Assembly: GCA_964525975.1 (NCBI GenBank) | Contig: CAZGIO010000001.1 | Location: 1 to 49,008, forward strand | Reading direction: 5' to 3' | Source of the DNA: an uncultured bacterium | Lineage (GTDB): Bacteria; Macinerneyibacteriota; Macinerneyibacteria; Macinerneyibacteriales; DSCS01 | DNA length: 49,008 nt | The notes under the pieces: generated by a model | What the model was told of the DNA's origin: nothing | The model's input: the letters and a program-made list of their open reading frames with translations, nothing else | Databases searched by the model: none | Shown: positions 14,361 to 23,224 of the stretch, piece after piece | Position numbering within the stretch: position 1 is the first letter of the stretch | Layout: every line of letters starts with the position of its first letter | Made by a program: the position numbers and the translations under genes

Positions 14361-15315
14361 AGTATTAGTGACATACAAGATACCTGAGATGGGGATCAAA
14401 GCACTTAAAGAACATTTTGATGTTTATGTAAATACAGATGAAGAGGCATTATCCAGAGAATGGTTAAAGCAAAACATTAATAAATACTTTGGCATCCTCT
14501 CAATGCTGCATGACAGGATCGACAAAGAGATCATAGATGCAGCGGGAGACGGACTGAAGATCATCTCGAACTATGCCGTCGGATACAATAATATCGATGT
14601 TAAATACGCTTCTGAAAAAGGCATAACCGTGGCCAATACTCCTGGAATACTTACCATCGCCACTGCGGAACTTGCTTTTTCACTTATGCTTGCTGTGATG
14701 AGGAAAATAGCTGTGAGTGACAGATATGTAAGAGACGGCCGTTTTAAGATGTGGTATCCGGAACTCATGCTTGGAGATGAACTCACAGGCAAGAAAGTCG
14801 GTATAGTGGGTATGGGCAGGATAGGGCAGGCCTTTGCAAAGATGCTGAGGGGTTTTGACGTGCAAATATCCTATTATAACAGGAACAGGGTAAGCCCTGA
14901 GACTGAAAAGGAGCTCAACGCTTCATACAAGGACTTTGACACACTTGTATCGGAAAGCGATATCATATCCATACATGCGCCTCTTAACGATGATACACAT
15001 CATCTGTTCAAATATGAGACCTTTAAAGCCATGAAGAACGAGGCATATATCATAAACACCGGCCGCGGAGCTATCATAAGGGAAAAAGACCTTGCACAGG
15101 CGCTGAAAGAGGGCCTTATAAAGGGAGCCGGCATCGATGTGTATGAATATGAACCTGTGGTGGAGAAAGAGCTCCTGGAGCTTGAAAATATAGTGATGAC
15201 TCCACACACAGGCAGCGGATCGTATAAAGCGCGGTATACCATGAGCACCATGGCTGCGCAGGCTATCATCGACTGTCACAAAGGAAAAAAACCAGACCAT
15301 GTCGTGAAGGGCTGA
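14353..15315 (+). CDS. D-isomer-specific 2-hydroxyacid dehydrogenase (glyoxylate/hydroxypyruvate reductase-like)
   Basis: 320 aa. NAD-binding GIVGMGRIGQA. Conserved NTGRG, DVYEYEP and MTPHTGS segments. AAGGAGGG SD. Confidence 0.85.
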   Translation: MDKVLVTYKIPEMGIKALKEHFDVYVNTDEEALSREWLKQNINKYFGILSMLHDRIDKEIIDAAGDGLKIISNYAVGYNNIDVKYASEKGITVANTPGILTIATAELAFSLMLAVMRKIAVSDRYVRDGRFKMWYPELMLGDELTGKKVGIVGMGRIGQAFAKMLRGFDVQISYYNRNRVSPETEKELNASYKDFDTLVSESDIISIHAPLNDDTHHLFKYETFKAMKNEAYIINTGRGAIIREKDLAQALKEGLIKGAGIDVYEYEPVVEKELLELENIVMTPHTGSGSYKARYTMSTMAAQAIIDCHKGKKPDHVVKG

Positions 15316-15319
15316 CTCC

Positions 15320-16681
15320 ATGGAGAGCAGGGATAAGTTAAGCCGTTTCCTTGAAAACCTTTTAAAAAACGGGTTTAAGGGCGAAAACGCCGCCTATCTT
15401 AGTGAACATTTCCGTCCCGAAGACATCGTGGATATACTGAACAACCTTGATGATGAAGTCATCGTGGAGATATTCGACAGTCTTTCCCGGGAAGTCAGAG
15501 GAGAAGTACTCTCTCTTGCCTCCCCGGCGCTTCAGACCATATTGTCTGAACACATCATAAACACTTACACTCCGGGCTCCCTTGCCGATATCATCAGGGA
15601 ACTCAATGATGATGATTTTACAGATATCATCATGGGTTTTCCGGTGAACTGGCGTGAGGCGGTTCTTCTTAGTCTTCCGTTAAAGGAACGACTGGATATC
15701 AAAAAACTCATGAGTTATCCCGAGGATTCAGCAGGCGGCATCATGACAAAAGAATATTTTTCCATAACAGGGAATATTCCCGTCAAGGATGTAAAAGGAA
15801 AGCTCAAGGAGACCGCGGACATCGAGTCTCTCATATACATATACGTACTGGACCCTGAGGGGGGTCTTGACGGCGTACTATCTCTGCACGACCTTCTTCT
15901 ATCCTATGACAATGAACTAGTGTGGGATATTATGAACCTTGATGTGATCTCCGCTTCCGCTTATACCGATCAGGAGGACGCCGCCAGGATAGTGGAAAAA
16001 TACGACCTTATGGCTCTCCCTGTCACAGATGACAACAAAAGGATGATCGGTGTGATCACCGTGGACGATATCATAGATGTCATCAGAGAGGAACAGACAG
16101 AAGACCTTTACCGGACAGTTGGAACCGCTGAAGATGAGATATATACAAACAATATCATCTCTGTGGCAAAGTTGCGTTTGCCATGGCTTATAACTACATT
16201 TTTTGGCAGTATGCTTTCTGCGGGACTGCTTTCTCTCTTTAACAGGACTCTTCACGAGATCATAGTGCTTACGAGCTTCGTCCCTGTGATCACAGCCATG
16301 GGAGGCAACATAGGGACTCAGACATCCACTATTGTGGTGAGGGGACTTTCCATGGGATACATAAACATCAACAAGCTTAAAGACACTGTAATACGCGAAC
16401 TGGGAGTGGCGTCTCTCATGGGGCTGATCGTGGGAGTCATCATATCAATAATATCTTATTTATGGCACGGCAACCTTATGCTGGGCCTTATCCTGGGCAC
16501 CTCCATGATATCAGCAGTCACTGTAGCAGCCGCTATAGGGACACTGGCGCCGTTTGCTTTCAAGAAGATGAATATCGACCCCGCTATTTCCTCGGGACCT
16601 CTTGTGACCACTGCAAACGACGCCACAGGGATACTGATATATCTGGGACTGGCCACAATACTTATCGAGTATCTGCGCTGA
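15320..16681 (+). CDS. mgtE: magnesium transporter MgtE
   Basis: 453 aa. N-domain, tandem CBS region, C-terminal TM domain with GGNIGTQ and PLVTTANDATG motifs. Confidence 0.9.
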   Translation: MESRDKLSRFLENLLKNGFKGENAAYLSEHFRPEDIVDILNNLDDEVIVEIFDSLSREVRGEVLSLASPALQTILSEHIINTYTPGSLADIIRELNDDDFTDIIMGFPVNWREAVLLSLPLKERLDIKKLMSYPEDSAGGIMTKEYFSITGNIPVKDVKGKLKETADIESLIYIYVLDPEGGLDGVLSLHDLLLSYDNELVWDIMNLDVISASAYTDQEDAARIVEKYDLMALPVTDDNKRMIGVITVDDIIDVIREEQTEDLYRTVGTAEDEIYTNNIISVAKLRLPWLITTFFGSMLSAGLLSLFNRTLHEIIVLTSFVPVITAMGGNIGTQTSTIVVRGLSMGYININKLKDTVIRELGVASLMGLIVGVIISIISYLWHGNLMLGLILGTSMISAVTVAAAIGTLAPFAFKKMNIDPAISSGPLVTTANDATGILIYLGLATILIEYLR

Positions 16682-16683
16682 TC

Positions 16684-17361
16684 ATGAGAGCAAGGACTAT
16701 CAGCGGTTACGTGCTGAAAAAGACACGTTACAAAGAGACATCTCAGATCATCGAGTTGTTTTCCCGGGAAAGGGGACGCATCTCCTTTATGTTAAAAGGG
16801 GCTTTAAGAGAGAAAAGCCGTTACCTGGGGCTTTCTGAATATTTGAACCTCCTGGAGGTCAACTATCTTGAAAGAGAAGACAGTTCGCTTTTTGTCCCCA
16901 GGTCCATGGACCTGCTGGAAGAAAACAGCGGCATCGTAAGATCAGAAAAATATTTCATGATGTCCGGAGAGATGGTTAGACATCTCCGTCAATATATCCC
17001 CTGGGGTGTGGAGGATGAAGACCTGTATGAAGCGTTGGGATATATGGTGAAAGGTATAGATATAGGGAAGGGGAACAAGGCTCTCATATATTTTTTTCTG
17101 AAACTCCTTAGATCCATGGGTAAGGAAATCTCATCCTCCATGCCGTGCGGATGCGGTTCGGGACAGCCTCAGGAGCTCTTTTCCATGGAGATGGGCAGGT
17201 TCCACTGCCGTTCATGCGGCGGAGGCATCTATACAGGAGAAAAAATGTGCAGGGATCTCAGTCTGCTCTCAAATGGACGGGGACGTGAGACGGAGATCAA
17301 AGACGGTGAATTAAACACATATATGGAGATCTTGCGGAATTATCTTAAAAGAAACGGATGA
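16684..17361 (+). CDS. recO: DNA repair protein RecO
   Basis: 225 aa from ATG 16684. OB-fold N-terminus GYVLKKTRYKETSQIIELFSRERGRISFMLKG and a C-terminal Cys4 zinc motif CGCG...CRSCGG. The ORF-track extension back to 16462 overlaps mgtE. Confidence 0.8.
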   Translation: MRARTISGYVLKKTRYKETSQIIELFSRERGRISFMLKGALREKSRYLGLSEYLNLLEVNYLEREDSSLFVPRSMDLLEENSGIVRSEKYFMMSGEMVRHLRQYIPWGVEDEDLYEALGYMVKGIDIGKGNKALIYFFLKLLRSMGKEISSSMPCGCGSGQPQELFSMEMGRFHCRSCGGGIYTGEKMCRDLSLLSNGRGRETEIKDGELNTYMEILRNYLKRNG

Positions 17362-17435
17362 TACGCCCAGGAGGATTCGAACCCCCAACCTTCTGGTCCG
17401 TAGCCAAACGCTCTATCCAGTTGAGCTATGGGCGC
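17362..17435 (-). tRNA. tRNA-Arg (anticodon ACG)
   Basis: Reverse complement GCGCCCA-TA-GCTC-AACTGGATA-GAGC-G-TTTGG-CTACGGA-CCAGA-AGGTT-GGGGG-TTCGAAT-CCTCC-TGGGCGT-A folds as a cloverleaf. Confidence 0.92.
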
Positions 17436-17496
17436 GACAAGGTGATTATATCGTGAACTTTATTTTTGTCAATAAAATTGTATATGTTATTTATTA

Positions 17497-17524
17497 TTGA
17501 AAGACAAGAATATTTCTATATAAT
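17497..17524 (+). promoter_or_regulatory. candidate sigma70 promoter for the histidine kinase gene
   Basis: TTGAAA (17497-17502), 16-nt spacer, TATAAT (17519-17524) in an AT-rich spacer. Confidence 0.35.
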
Positions 17525-17564
17525 GATATTAATTTATTCATAACTATGTTTAAACGTTATTAAA

Positions 17565-18548
17565 ATGGCGGGTTTAAATATGAAGATGACAGACGGCTTA
17601 TTCATAAAGACTGACAGTAAAGTCACGCTGATATCAGCAGTGTTCAGCTGCGGCCTCGAGATACCAGGCGCAGAACCAGGCAAAGACCCATCCAAGGTAT
17701 TCCCCGGGGCTCTTATCCAACGTCTGAAATCCATGATGATCAGTGATAAATATCCGGAAAAGATCCTTTTTTCAATGGGAGGAAATAAGTATGCCGCCAA
17801 GGTCATATTCCACGATGAGACAGGGATTAATATTTATATAACAGGAGATTATGATGGATACTGCAGAGAAGTGATTGGTCGTTTAACAGAATATGAATCA
17901 AATATGAGACGTATTTCTTCAATCTCTCATGATTTCAATAATATACTTACTGTATTAAAGGGATATCTCGATCTAATTCCGAAAGATGATTCAATTCAAG
18001 AATATATAGAGGGCGCCGAGACATGTTTCAAAAGTGCGGCGCTTCTCACAAGGAAGATCTCTGACATAACCAGGCTTGGTGTTATAACTAGAAAGAAAGG
18101 TATCCATGACCTGGGCATTATCATACGTGATACGGTCTCGCTTATGAAAAAAGTCACGTTGAAAGACATATCAATGGAAGTCTCTCAGGAAGAGGGGGAA
18201 GAATATCTGATACTCGCTGATAAGATATCTCTTGAGCAGGTGATCATGAACATCATTAAAAACAGTATGGATGCCATTGAATTCAGCGGGGAGATCCACA
18301 TATCCCTTAAAAACGCAGGGGATACAGTCACTCTCGCCATCGCCGACAATGGTTCCGGCATACCAGCGGAACATCTTGATTCCATTTTCCTGCCGTTTTA
18401 CACAACAAAAAGCCCCGGCTCAGGCAGCGGGCTGGGATTATTCTCGGCAAAAAGCATACTGGAGGGGCTGGGAGGAGATATACGCGCCAAGAGCAGCCAC
18501 GCGGGGACAGTTATGACAATATCTTTACCCTCCGCAGGAGACAAATAG
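17565..18548 (+). CDS. soluble sensor histidine kinase (small N-terminal domain + HisKA + HATPase_c)
   Basis: H-box SHDFNNILTVLKGY, N-box IIKNSMDAI, G1 DNGSGI, G2 GSGLGL. No hydrophobic TM segment. The start could instead be ATG 17580. Confidence 0.85.
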   Translation: MAGLNMKMTDGLFIKTDSKVTLISAVFSCGLEIPGAEPGKDPSKVFPGALIQRLKSMMISDKYPEKILFSMGGNKYAAKVIFHDETGINIYITGDYDGYCREVIGRLTEYESNMRRISSISHDFNNILTVLKGYLDLIPKDDSIQEYIEGAETCFKSAALLTRKISDITRLGVITRKKGIHDLGIIIRDTVSLMKKVTLKDISMEVSQEEGEEYLILADKISLEQVIMNIIKNSMDAIEFSGEIHISLKNAGDTVTLAIADNGSGIPAEHLDSIFLPFYTTKSPGSGSGLGLFSAKSILEGLGGDIRAKSSHAGTVMTISLPSAGDK

Positions 18549-18603
18549 ACTTGAACTTGATTCAGTTTTTTGATATGCTCTTTTAAAATCGGAGGTATAA
18601 ACC

Positions 18604-19584
18604 ATGATCTGTATTAAAAGCCCCAGCAATGACGCGCATTTCAATATGGCCCTTGATGAATATATGTTTGAATCTTTTAAAGAGGATGTCTTCCTCCTTT
18701 ATATCAATAAGAATGCTGTGATAGTGGGACGGCATCAAAACACTATCTCAGAGATAAACAGCGGCTATATAAAGGATAACCATATAGCGGTGGTAAGACG
18801 GATAACAGGAGGAGGGGCTGTATATCATGATATGGGCAACCTTAATTTCTCTTTTGTGACCAGTGATAAAGGCAGCAAAGATGTGGATTTCAGGCGTTTC
18901 ACCATGCCCATAATATCCCTTTTAAAGAAGATCGGCGTCAATGCGGAGTTTCAGGGGCGCAACGACCTGACCATCGACGGCAGGAAGTTCTCAGGTAACG
19001 CCGGCCTTCGCAAGGGGGACAGGGTGCTTTCCCACGGGACGCTTCTTTTCAAGGCTGACCTGAAAAAAGCCGCGGCGGCATTGAACACCGATCCTGAGAA
19101 ATATAAACACAAAAAGGTAAAATCAGTAGCAAGCAGGATCACTAATATATGGGACCATCTCCCTGAAAAGACAACAGTGGAGAAGTTTGAAGAGCTCCTT
19201 GTGAAACATGTGATATCAACATACGATGACGCTGAAGACTATAACCTCACACAAGATGATATAGATGCTGTAAACGAGCTGAAAAAGCGAAAATATGACA
19301 CATGGGACTGGAACTACGGCAAACGGGCTCATTATGACATGAAACGCACCCTCAGGACTCCTGGAGGCACTGTAACCGCTGAATTGACTGTCAAAGACGG
19401 TATAATAGCCGATATGGCTTTTTCAGGGGATTATTTCGGGGCCAGGGAGAGCGAAGGACTTGCTTCTATGTTCACAGGTGTCCGCCATGAAGAGAGTTCC
19501 ATACTGAAGATACTTGAAGAGGTGGACCTCCGGGAATATATGAATGGAGTTCCTAAAGCTGATATATTGACGCTGCTTTTCTAA
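18604..19584 (+). CDS. lplA: lipoate--protein ligase
   Basis: 326 aa. Motifs RRITGGGAVYHDMGN and GRKFSGNA (catalytic Lys context), plus a C-terminal accessory domain. Confidence 0.88.
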   Translation: MICIKSPSNDAHFNMALDEYMFESFKEDVFLLYINKNAVIVGRHQNTISEINSGYIKDNHIAVVRRITGGGAVYHDMGNLNFSFVTSDKGSKDVDFRRFTMPIISLLKKIGVNAEFQGRNDLTIDGRKFSGNAGLRKGDRVLSHGTLLFKADLKKAAAALNTDPEKYKHKKVKSVASRITNIWDHLPEKTTVEKFEELLVKHVISTYDDAEDYNLTQDDIDAVNELKKRKYDTWDWNYGKRAHYDMKRTLRTPGGTVTAELTVKDGIIADMAFSGDYFGARESEGLASMFTGVRHEESSILKILEEVDLREYMNGVPKADILTLLF

Positions 19585-19657
19585 AAAGAGGGCATTTTTT
19601 CCCAAAAGATGGCTTGAAAAATATAACCATTTATCCATAATTGTAATGGAGGTTTAT

Positions 19658-20827
19658 ATGATCATAGCCATCGTGGACGATAACAGCGACAATCGCAAAT
19701 ATCTGGCCACACTCATAAAAAACAATAGTGAACATACACTGGTCCTTTCTGAATCAGGGCAAAGTTTTCTTGAATACCTGAAAAAAGAGGGATCTGATAC
19801 TCCTGATCTTGTGCTTCTTGATATCATGCTGCCGGGTATGAGCGGATTTGAAGTCGCCGAGCACATAAGAGGAGATTCTTCCACCGAGGATATGACCATT
19901 ATTTTTATAACAGCTCTTACAGACAGAGACAGCATCAAGGAAGCCTTTGACATCGGCGGTGATGATTATATTTCAAAACCTGTTCTTAAAGAGGAGCTCA
20001 TGGGACGTATAAACGTCCACGCCAGACTCAGGGAATACACTGGACTTATCAGCAGCCAGAACAAGAACCTCAGAGAGGAAAAGGATCTTCTGAAAAAGAG
20101 GGGTCGTGAACTGAGCGGGCTTTATAAGACACTAAAACTCATGAAGGAAGAGGAATCCGCTGACAATATCATCAGGGCCATGGCAGACGATATCATCCCT
20201 GAATCACTCTCCCGCAGTGAAGACGTGATTGTAATGGTCGATTTTATGGGATCCATATATGTCACCGAGGGGATGAGAGATGAGCCGCCGGGTTATACGG
20301 TCAAGGCGCCTTTAAAGGGACGCATTGGTGATTACGGTTCTATTTCGGCGGGATATACCTCATCCTCTCAGCTTCTCCTTGACATGTTTCAACAGAAACT
20401 TATACATGCCTTTGCCAACCATCTAAGCCTCATACTGGATCAGCGTATCGCCATGATGAAAAAAAACATCAATATAAGTATCTTAAAGAAAGCAATTGAA
20501 AAACAGTCTCTTGAAGATGGGATCGTTATATTAGACAGTGAAAACTCTGTGATCTTTCATAACAGCCATTTTTTCCATCTTCTTGGCCTTGATGAAAAAA
20601 AATATCAAACAGGGGATATGAACATGATCACAAGGGATATAGTAGAAAAGATAAAAGAGAGGAAGGACCTTGTCCGTTTTGTGTCTGCTGCCCTTAAGGA
20701 GGATATGGAAGATGAGACGATCATCAAGATGGTCTCTGGAGATGATATCCGCCTTTCCATAGAACTGCTGGAAGAGCAGGGGATAGTGTACGGAAAGATA
20801 ATCATCTTGGCCGCATACACCCAGTAA
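19658..20827 (+). CDS. response regulator, REC + coiled coil + GAF-like + PAS-like, no recognisable output domain
   Basis: ATG 19658 follows GGAGG (19648-19652). REC hallmarks DD (IVDDNS), acceptor D (LVLLDIMLPG), T (ITALTD), K (YISKP). The central segment starts LSGLYKTLKL (GAF-like). The C-terminus GIVILDSENSVIFHNSHFFHLLGL is PAS-like. Confidence 0.75.
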   Translation: MIIAIVDDNSDNRKYLATLIKNNSEHTLVLSESGQSFLEYLKKEGSDTPDLVLLDIMLPGMSGFEVAEHIRGDSSTEDMTIIFITALTDRDSIKEAFDIGGDDYISKPVLKEELMGRINVHARLREYTGLISSQNKNLREEKDLLKKRGRELSGLYKTLKLMKEEESADNIIRAMADDIIPESLSRSEDVIVMVDFMGSIYVTEGMRDEPPGYTVKAPLKGRIGDYGSISAGYTSSSQLLLDMFQQKLIHAFANHLSLILDQRIAMMKKNINISILKKAIEKQSLEDGIVILDSENSVIFHNSHFFHLLGLDEKKYQTGDMNMITRDIVEKIKERKDLVRFVSAALKEDMEDETIIKMVSGDDIRLSIELLEEQGIVYGKIIILAAYTQ

Positions 20828-20836
20828 GGAGAGATT

Positions 20837-22099
20837 TTGGATAAATGCATTCTTATTGTGGAAAATTTTAAAGAGGACCAGAAGATACTCTCCTCGATCA
20901 TTGAAAACAATACATCATTGAAAGCCATAACCGCCGCAGACACAGATCTGGCGCTGGAGATGTTTGAAGTGGAGATGTTCAAGACAAAGAAGTTCTCCAC
21001 CCCTGAGATCATCGTCATCGACGTCATACTCCCTGGAAAAGACGGCTTCGAACTGGCTTCAGCCTTTTCAAAACGCGATGACACCAAACATATACCTGTG
21101 CTCTTCATCGTCTCCGCCAATGACATCAACAATAAGAAGAAGATCTTCAAATTCGGAGGCAGGGATTACATCGAAAAACCCTTTGTGATGGAGGAAGTCC
21201 TCACCAGGATCGATGTACAGCTGAACTATAAAAAGATGAAAGACGAGCTTCTGATCAAAAACGAACTCCTTGAGGACAATGAAAAACTGCTTGTGAGCAG
21301 GGGTAAAGAGGTTAAAGGGCTGCTGGAACTCCTGAAAGTGCTGGATTCAGACATATCTGCAGATGAAGCGCTGCAGACTATAACACGGAGGATAATCCCG
21401 GATTACCTTCAGTATCCCGACCGCACATACTGTGAGATAGAAGTTGACAAGAAAGTCTATTCAAATTTCACAAACGTCTATTCATCCAATAATTTTTCCC
21501 TCATCGTACCCATAAGATGGGGCGGAGCAGAGAGGGGAAGCCTTAAAGTAGGTTATGAAAAAAACGAAGGAAAACTTCTCTCGAATTTTGAGAAAAGGAT
21601 GATGGCAATATATGCATTCAACATAGCACATCTTATGGAGCGCCGTGAAGTGATGCGTACCAGGGACAGGAACAGTTCGGTGATCACGGCTACGCTGGAC
21701 GCCTACAGAGACGGCATACTCATCATGTCCAACACAGGAGAACTGCAGTACAATGACAGATTTATCGATATATGGGGATTGAGCAAGGAGATACTCACAT
21801 CTTACAACAGCAAAAAACTCCTTTCCGAGATGAGAAACAAGATGTCAGACCCCGATAAGTTTGATGGGATCATAAAACACGACGAAACAAACAAAGACGG
21901 ACGGCACGGACTGATCCCGTTTAAAGACGGCAGATCATTCATACTGAATACAAAGACAATACAAAGCCAGGGAGACACGGTCTTTTATGTCTGGAACTTT
22001 CATGACGTGACCCTGGAAGTAAAGCTTAAGAAAGAGATCCAATCTTTGAAGGAGAAAAACAACCAGATAGAGAATCTTTTAAACAAAAGAAACTTATAA
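20837..22099 (+). CDS. response regulator paralogue, REC (degenerate acidic pocket) + coiled coil + GAF-like + PAS-like
   Basis: TTG start after AAGGAGAG. Same architecture as the upstream gene (VKGLLELLKVL...; GILIMSNTGELQYNDRFIDIWGL). REC has E-N (LIVENF) in place of D-D but keeps the acceptor D (IIVIDVILPG), S and K. Confidence 0.72.
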   Translation: MDKCILIVENFKEDQKILSSIIENNTSLKAITAADTDLALEMFEVEMFKTKKFSTPEIIVIDVILPGKDGFELASAFSKRDDTKHIPVLFIVSANDINNKKKIFKFGGRDYIEKPFVMEEVLTRIDVQLNYKKMKDELLIKNELLEDNEKLLVSRGKEVKGLLELLKVLDSDISADEALQTITRRIIPDYLQYPDRTYCEIEVDKKVYSNFTNVYSSNNFSLIVPIRWGGAERGSLKVGYEKNEGKLLSNFEKRMMAIYAFNIAHLMERREVMRTRDRNSSVITATLDAYRDGILIMSNTGELQYNDRFIDIWGLSKEILTSYNSKKLLSEMRNKMSDPDKFDGIIKHDETNKDGRHGLIPFKDGRSFILNTKTIQSQGDTVFYVWNFHDVTLEVKLKKEIQSLKEKNNQIENLLNKRNL

Positions 22100-22121
22100 A
22101 TCGTTTTTTTGATTTTTTATA

Positions 22122-22149
22122 TTGATATAAACCTTTTTTTTAGTATAAT
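22122..22149 (+). promoter_or_regulatory. consensus-like sigma70 promoter for the tRNA-Val pair
   Basis: TTGATA (22122-22127), 16-nt spacer, TATAAT (22144-22149). The mature tRNA 5' end is 10 nt downstream of the -10. Confidence 0.6.
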
Positions 22150-22158
22150 CTTCTGGAA

Positions 22159-22231
22159 GGGCACATAGCTCAGCCGGTAGAGTAGCTGCTTGACGTGCAG
22201 TTGGTCGGGGGTTCAAATCCCTCTGTGCCCA
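22159..22231 (+). tRNA. tRNA-Val (anticodon GAC)
   Basis: GGGCACA-TA-GCTC-AGCCGGTA-GAGT-A-GCTGC-TTGACGT-GCAGT-TGGTC-GGGGG-TTCAAAT-CCCTC-TGTGCCC-A folds as a cloverleaf. Confidence 0.92.
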
Positions 22232-22250
22232 TCTTCCGTTGAATATAAAG

Positions 22251-22323
22251 GGGCATGTAGCTCAGTTGGTAGAGTAGCAGCTTCACATGTTGTTTGTCGG
22301 GAGTTCGAGTCTCTCCATGCCCA
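22251..22323 (+). tRNA. tRNA-Val (anticodon CAC)
   Basis: GGGCATG-TA-GCTC-AGTTGGTA-GAGT-A-GCAGC-TTCACAT-GTTGT-TTGTC-GGGAG-TTCGAGT-CTCTC-CATGCCC-A, followed by a T-run. Confidence 0.9.
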
Positions 22324-22637
22324 TTTTTTCTTCCTCATTATTTTTATTGAAATATCCTTGAGCTGCAATGCTTTTTATTCTTCTTAAATCCGGTGATCAA
22401 ATATATTACTTACAAGGCTCCCGATAAAAAAACAAAAAGGGGAGTCCATGATCATTTATAAAATATACCAGAGGTCTGATGTATCACGTCATAGCATGTC
22501 CTATAATATATGTTATGTTGAGTTACATATATTCTTTCTAGAATGGGACTCTTTTTTCTGTATAAAATATGTTTTGGGGTTGCGCCCCTCTGTTTCCAAA
22601 GGAGCGCAGGTATGTTAGAGATTGGTATGAAAAGGTC

Positions 22638-23072
22638 TTATTTAACGATGAACTTCACTTCTGATGTATTTGCAATATTGTCAGATATGGGGCATCTTTC
22701 ATCGATGTCGTGAAGGAAAGCTTCTTTCTCCTCTTTAGTCATATCAGCATCGATATCCACGTTTACTCTGATCTCTGTGAATCCGGCTCTGCCTTCTTTA
22801 GTGGCTCCCATGAGAAAATCCGTGTCGATGTCTGCTTCAACGTCGACTTTGATGCCGCGAAGGTCTATACGACGCTGTTTTGATATGATCCTTCCGATGG
22901 TGGCGATGCAGCCTGAAAGAGCTATGAGAATATACTCAAGCGGATTAGGGCCTTCATCGTTTCCCCCGCCCTGCACAGGCTGGTCCACGATGGCTACATG
23001 ATCCCTCATCTTTGTCTCGATCTTGAAATTGTCCAGCAGGTCCGCTGTGACTTTTACAGTTTTATTAGGCAT
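22638..23072 (-). CDS. OsmC/Ohr-family peroxiredoxin-like protein
   Basis: 144 aa. OsmC-like pattern with two conserved Cys contexts (LSGCIATI and ERCPISDN). GGAGG SD. Confidence 0.8.
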   Translation of the reverse strand: MPNKTVKVTADLLDNFKIETKMRDHVAIVDQPVQGGGNDEGPNPLEYILIALSGCIATIGRIISKQRRIDLRGIKVDVEADIDTDFLMGATKEGRAGFTEIRVNVDIDADMTKEEKEAFLHDIDERCPISDNIANTSEVKFIVK

Positions 23073-23189
23073 ATTTTACCTCCGTTTATTTGAGAAGATA
23101 GTAACACAGCTTTATAATGTGTCAAGTAAATAATTAAATATTTCACGATATATTGTACCAGATGATCAAATGGATTTAATATGACCATT

Positions 23190-23224
23190 AAAAAAACATG
23201 TGAATGCATTAAAGCATTCACATG
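23190..23224 (-). terminator. rho-independent terminator closing the STAS-to-phosphohexomutase operon
   Basis: Perfect 11-bp stem CATGTGAATGC / GCATTCACATG (23197-23207 and 23214-23224), 6-nt loop, then 7 U on the minus-strand RNA (A-run 23190-23196). The stem includes the stop codon. Confidence 0.85.

Noticed and set aside
16462-16683. N-terminal 74-codon extension of the recO ORF in the ORF track
   Set aside because: It overlaps the 3' end of mgtE in another frame and reads as R/H/C-rich junk. RecO-like sequence begins at ATG 16684, right after the mgtE stop.
22448-22618. 56-codon ORF (MIIYKIYQRSDVSRHSMSYNICYVELHIFFLEWDSFFCIKYVLGLRPSVSKGAQVC) with a nearby G-rich SD-like sequence
   Set aside because: The composition is odd (Y/F/C/I-rich), the SD spacing is only 3 nt, and it has no signal peptide, TM segment or known motif. 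It is kept only as a note within the spacer finding, not called as a gene.
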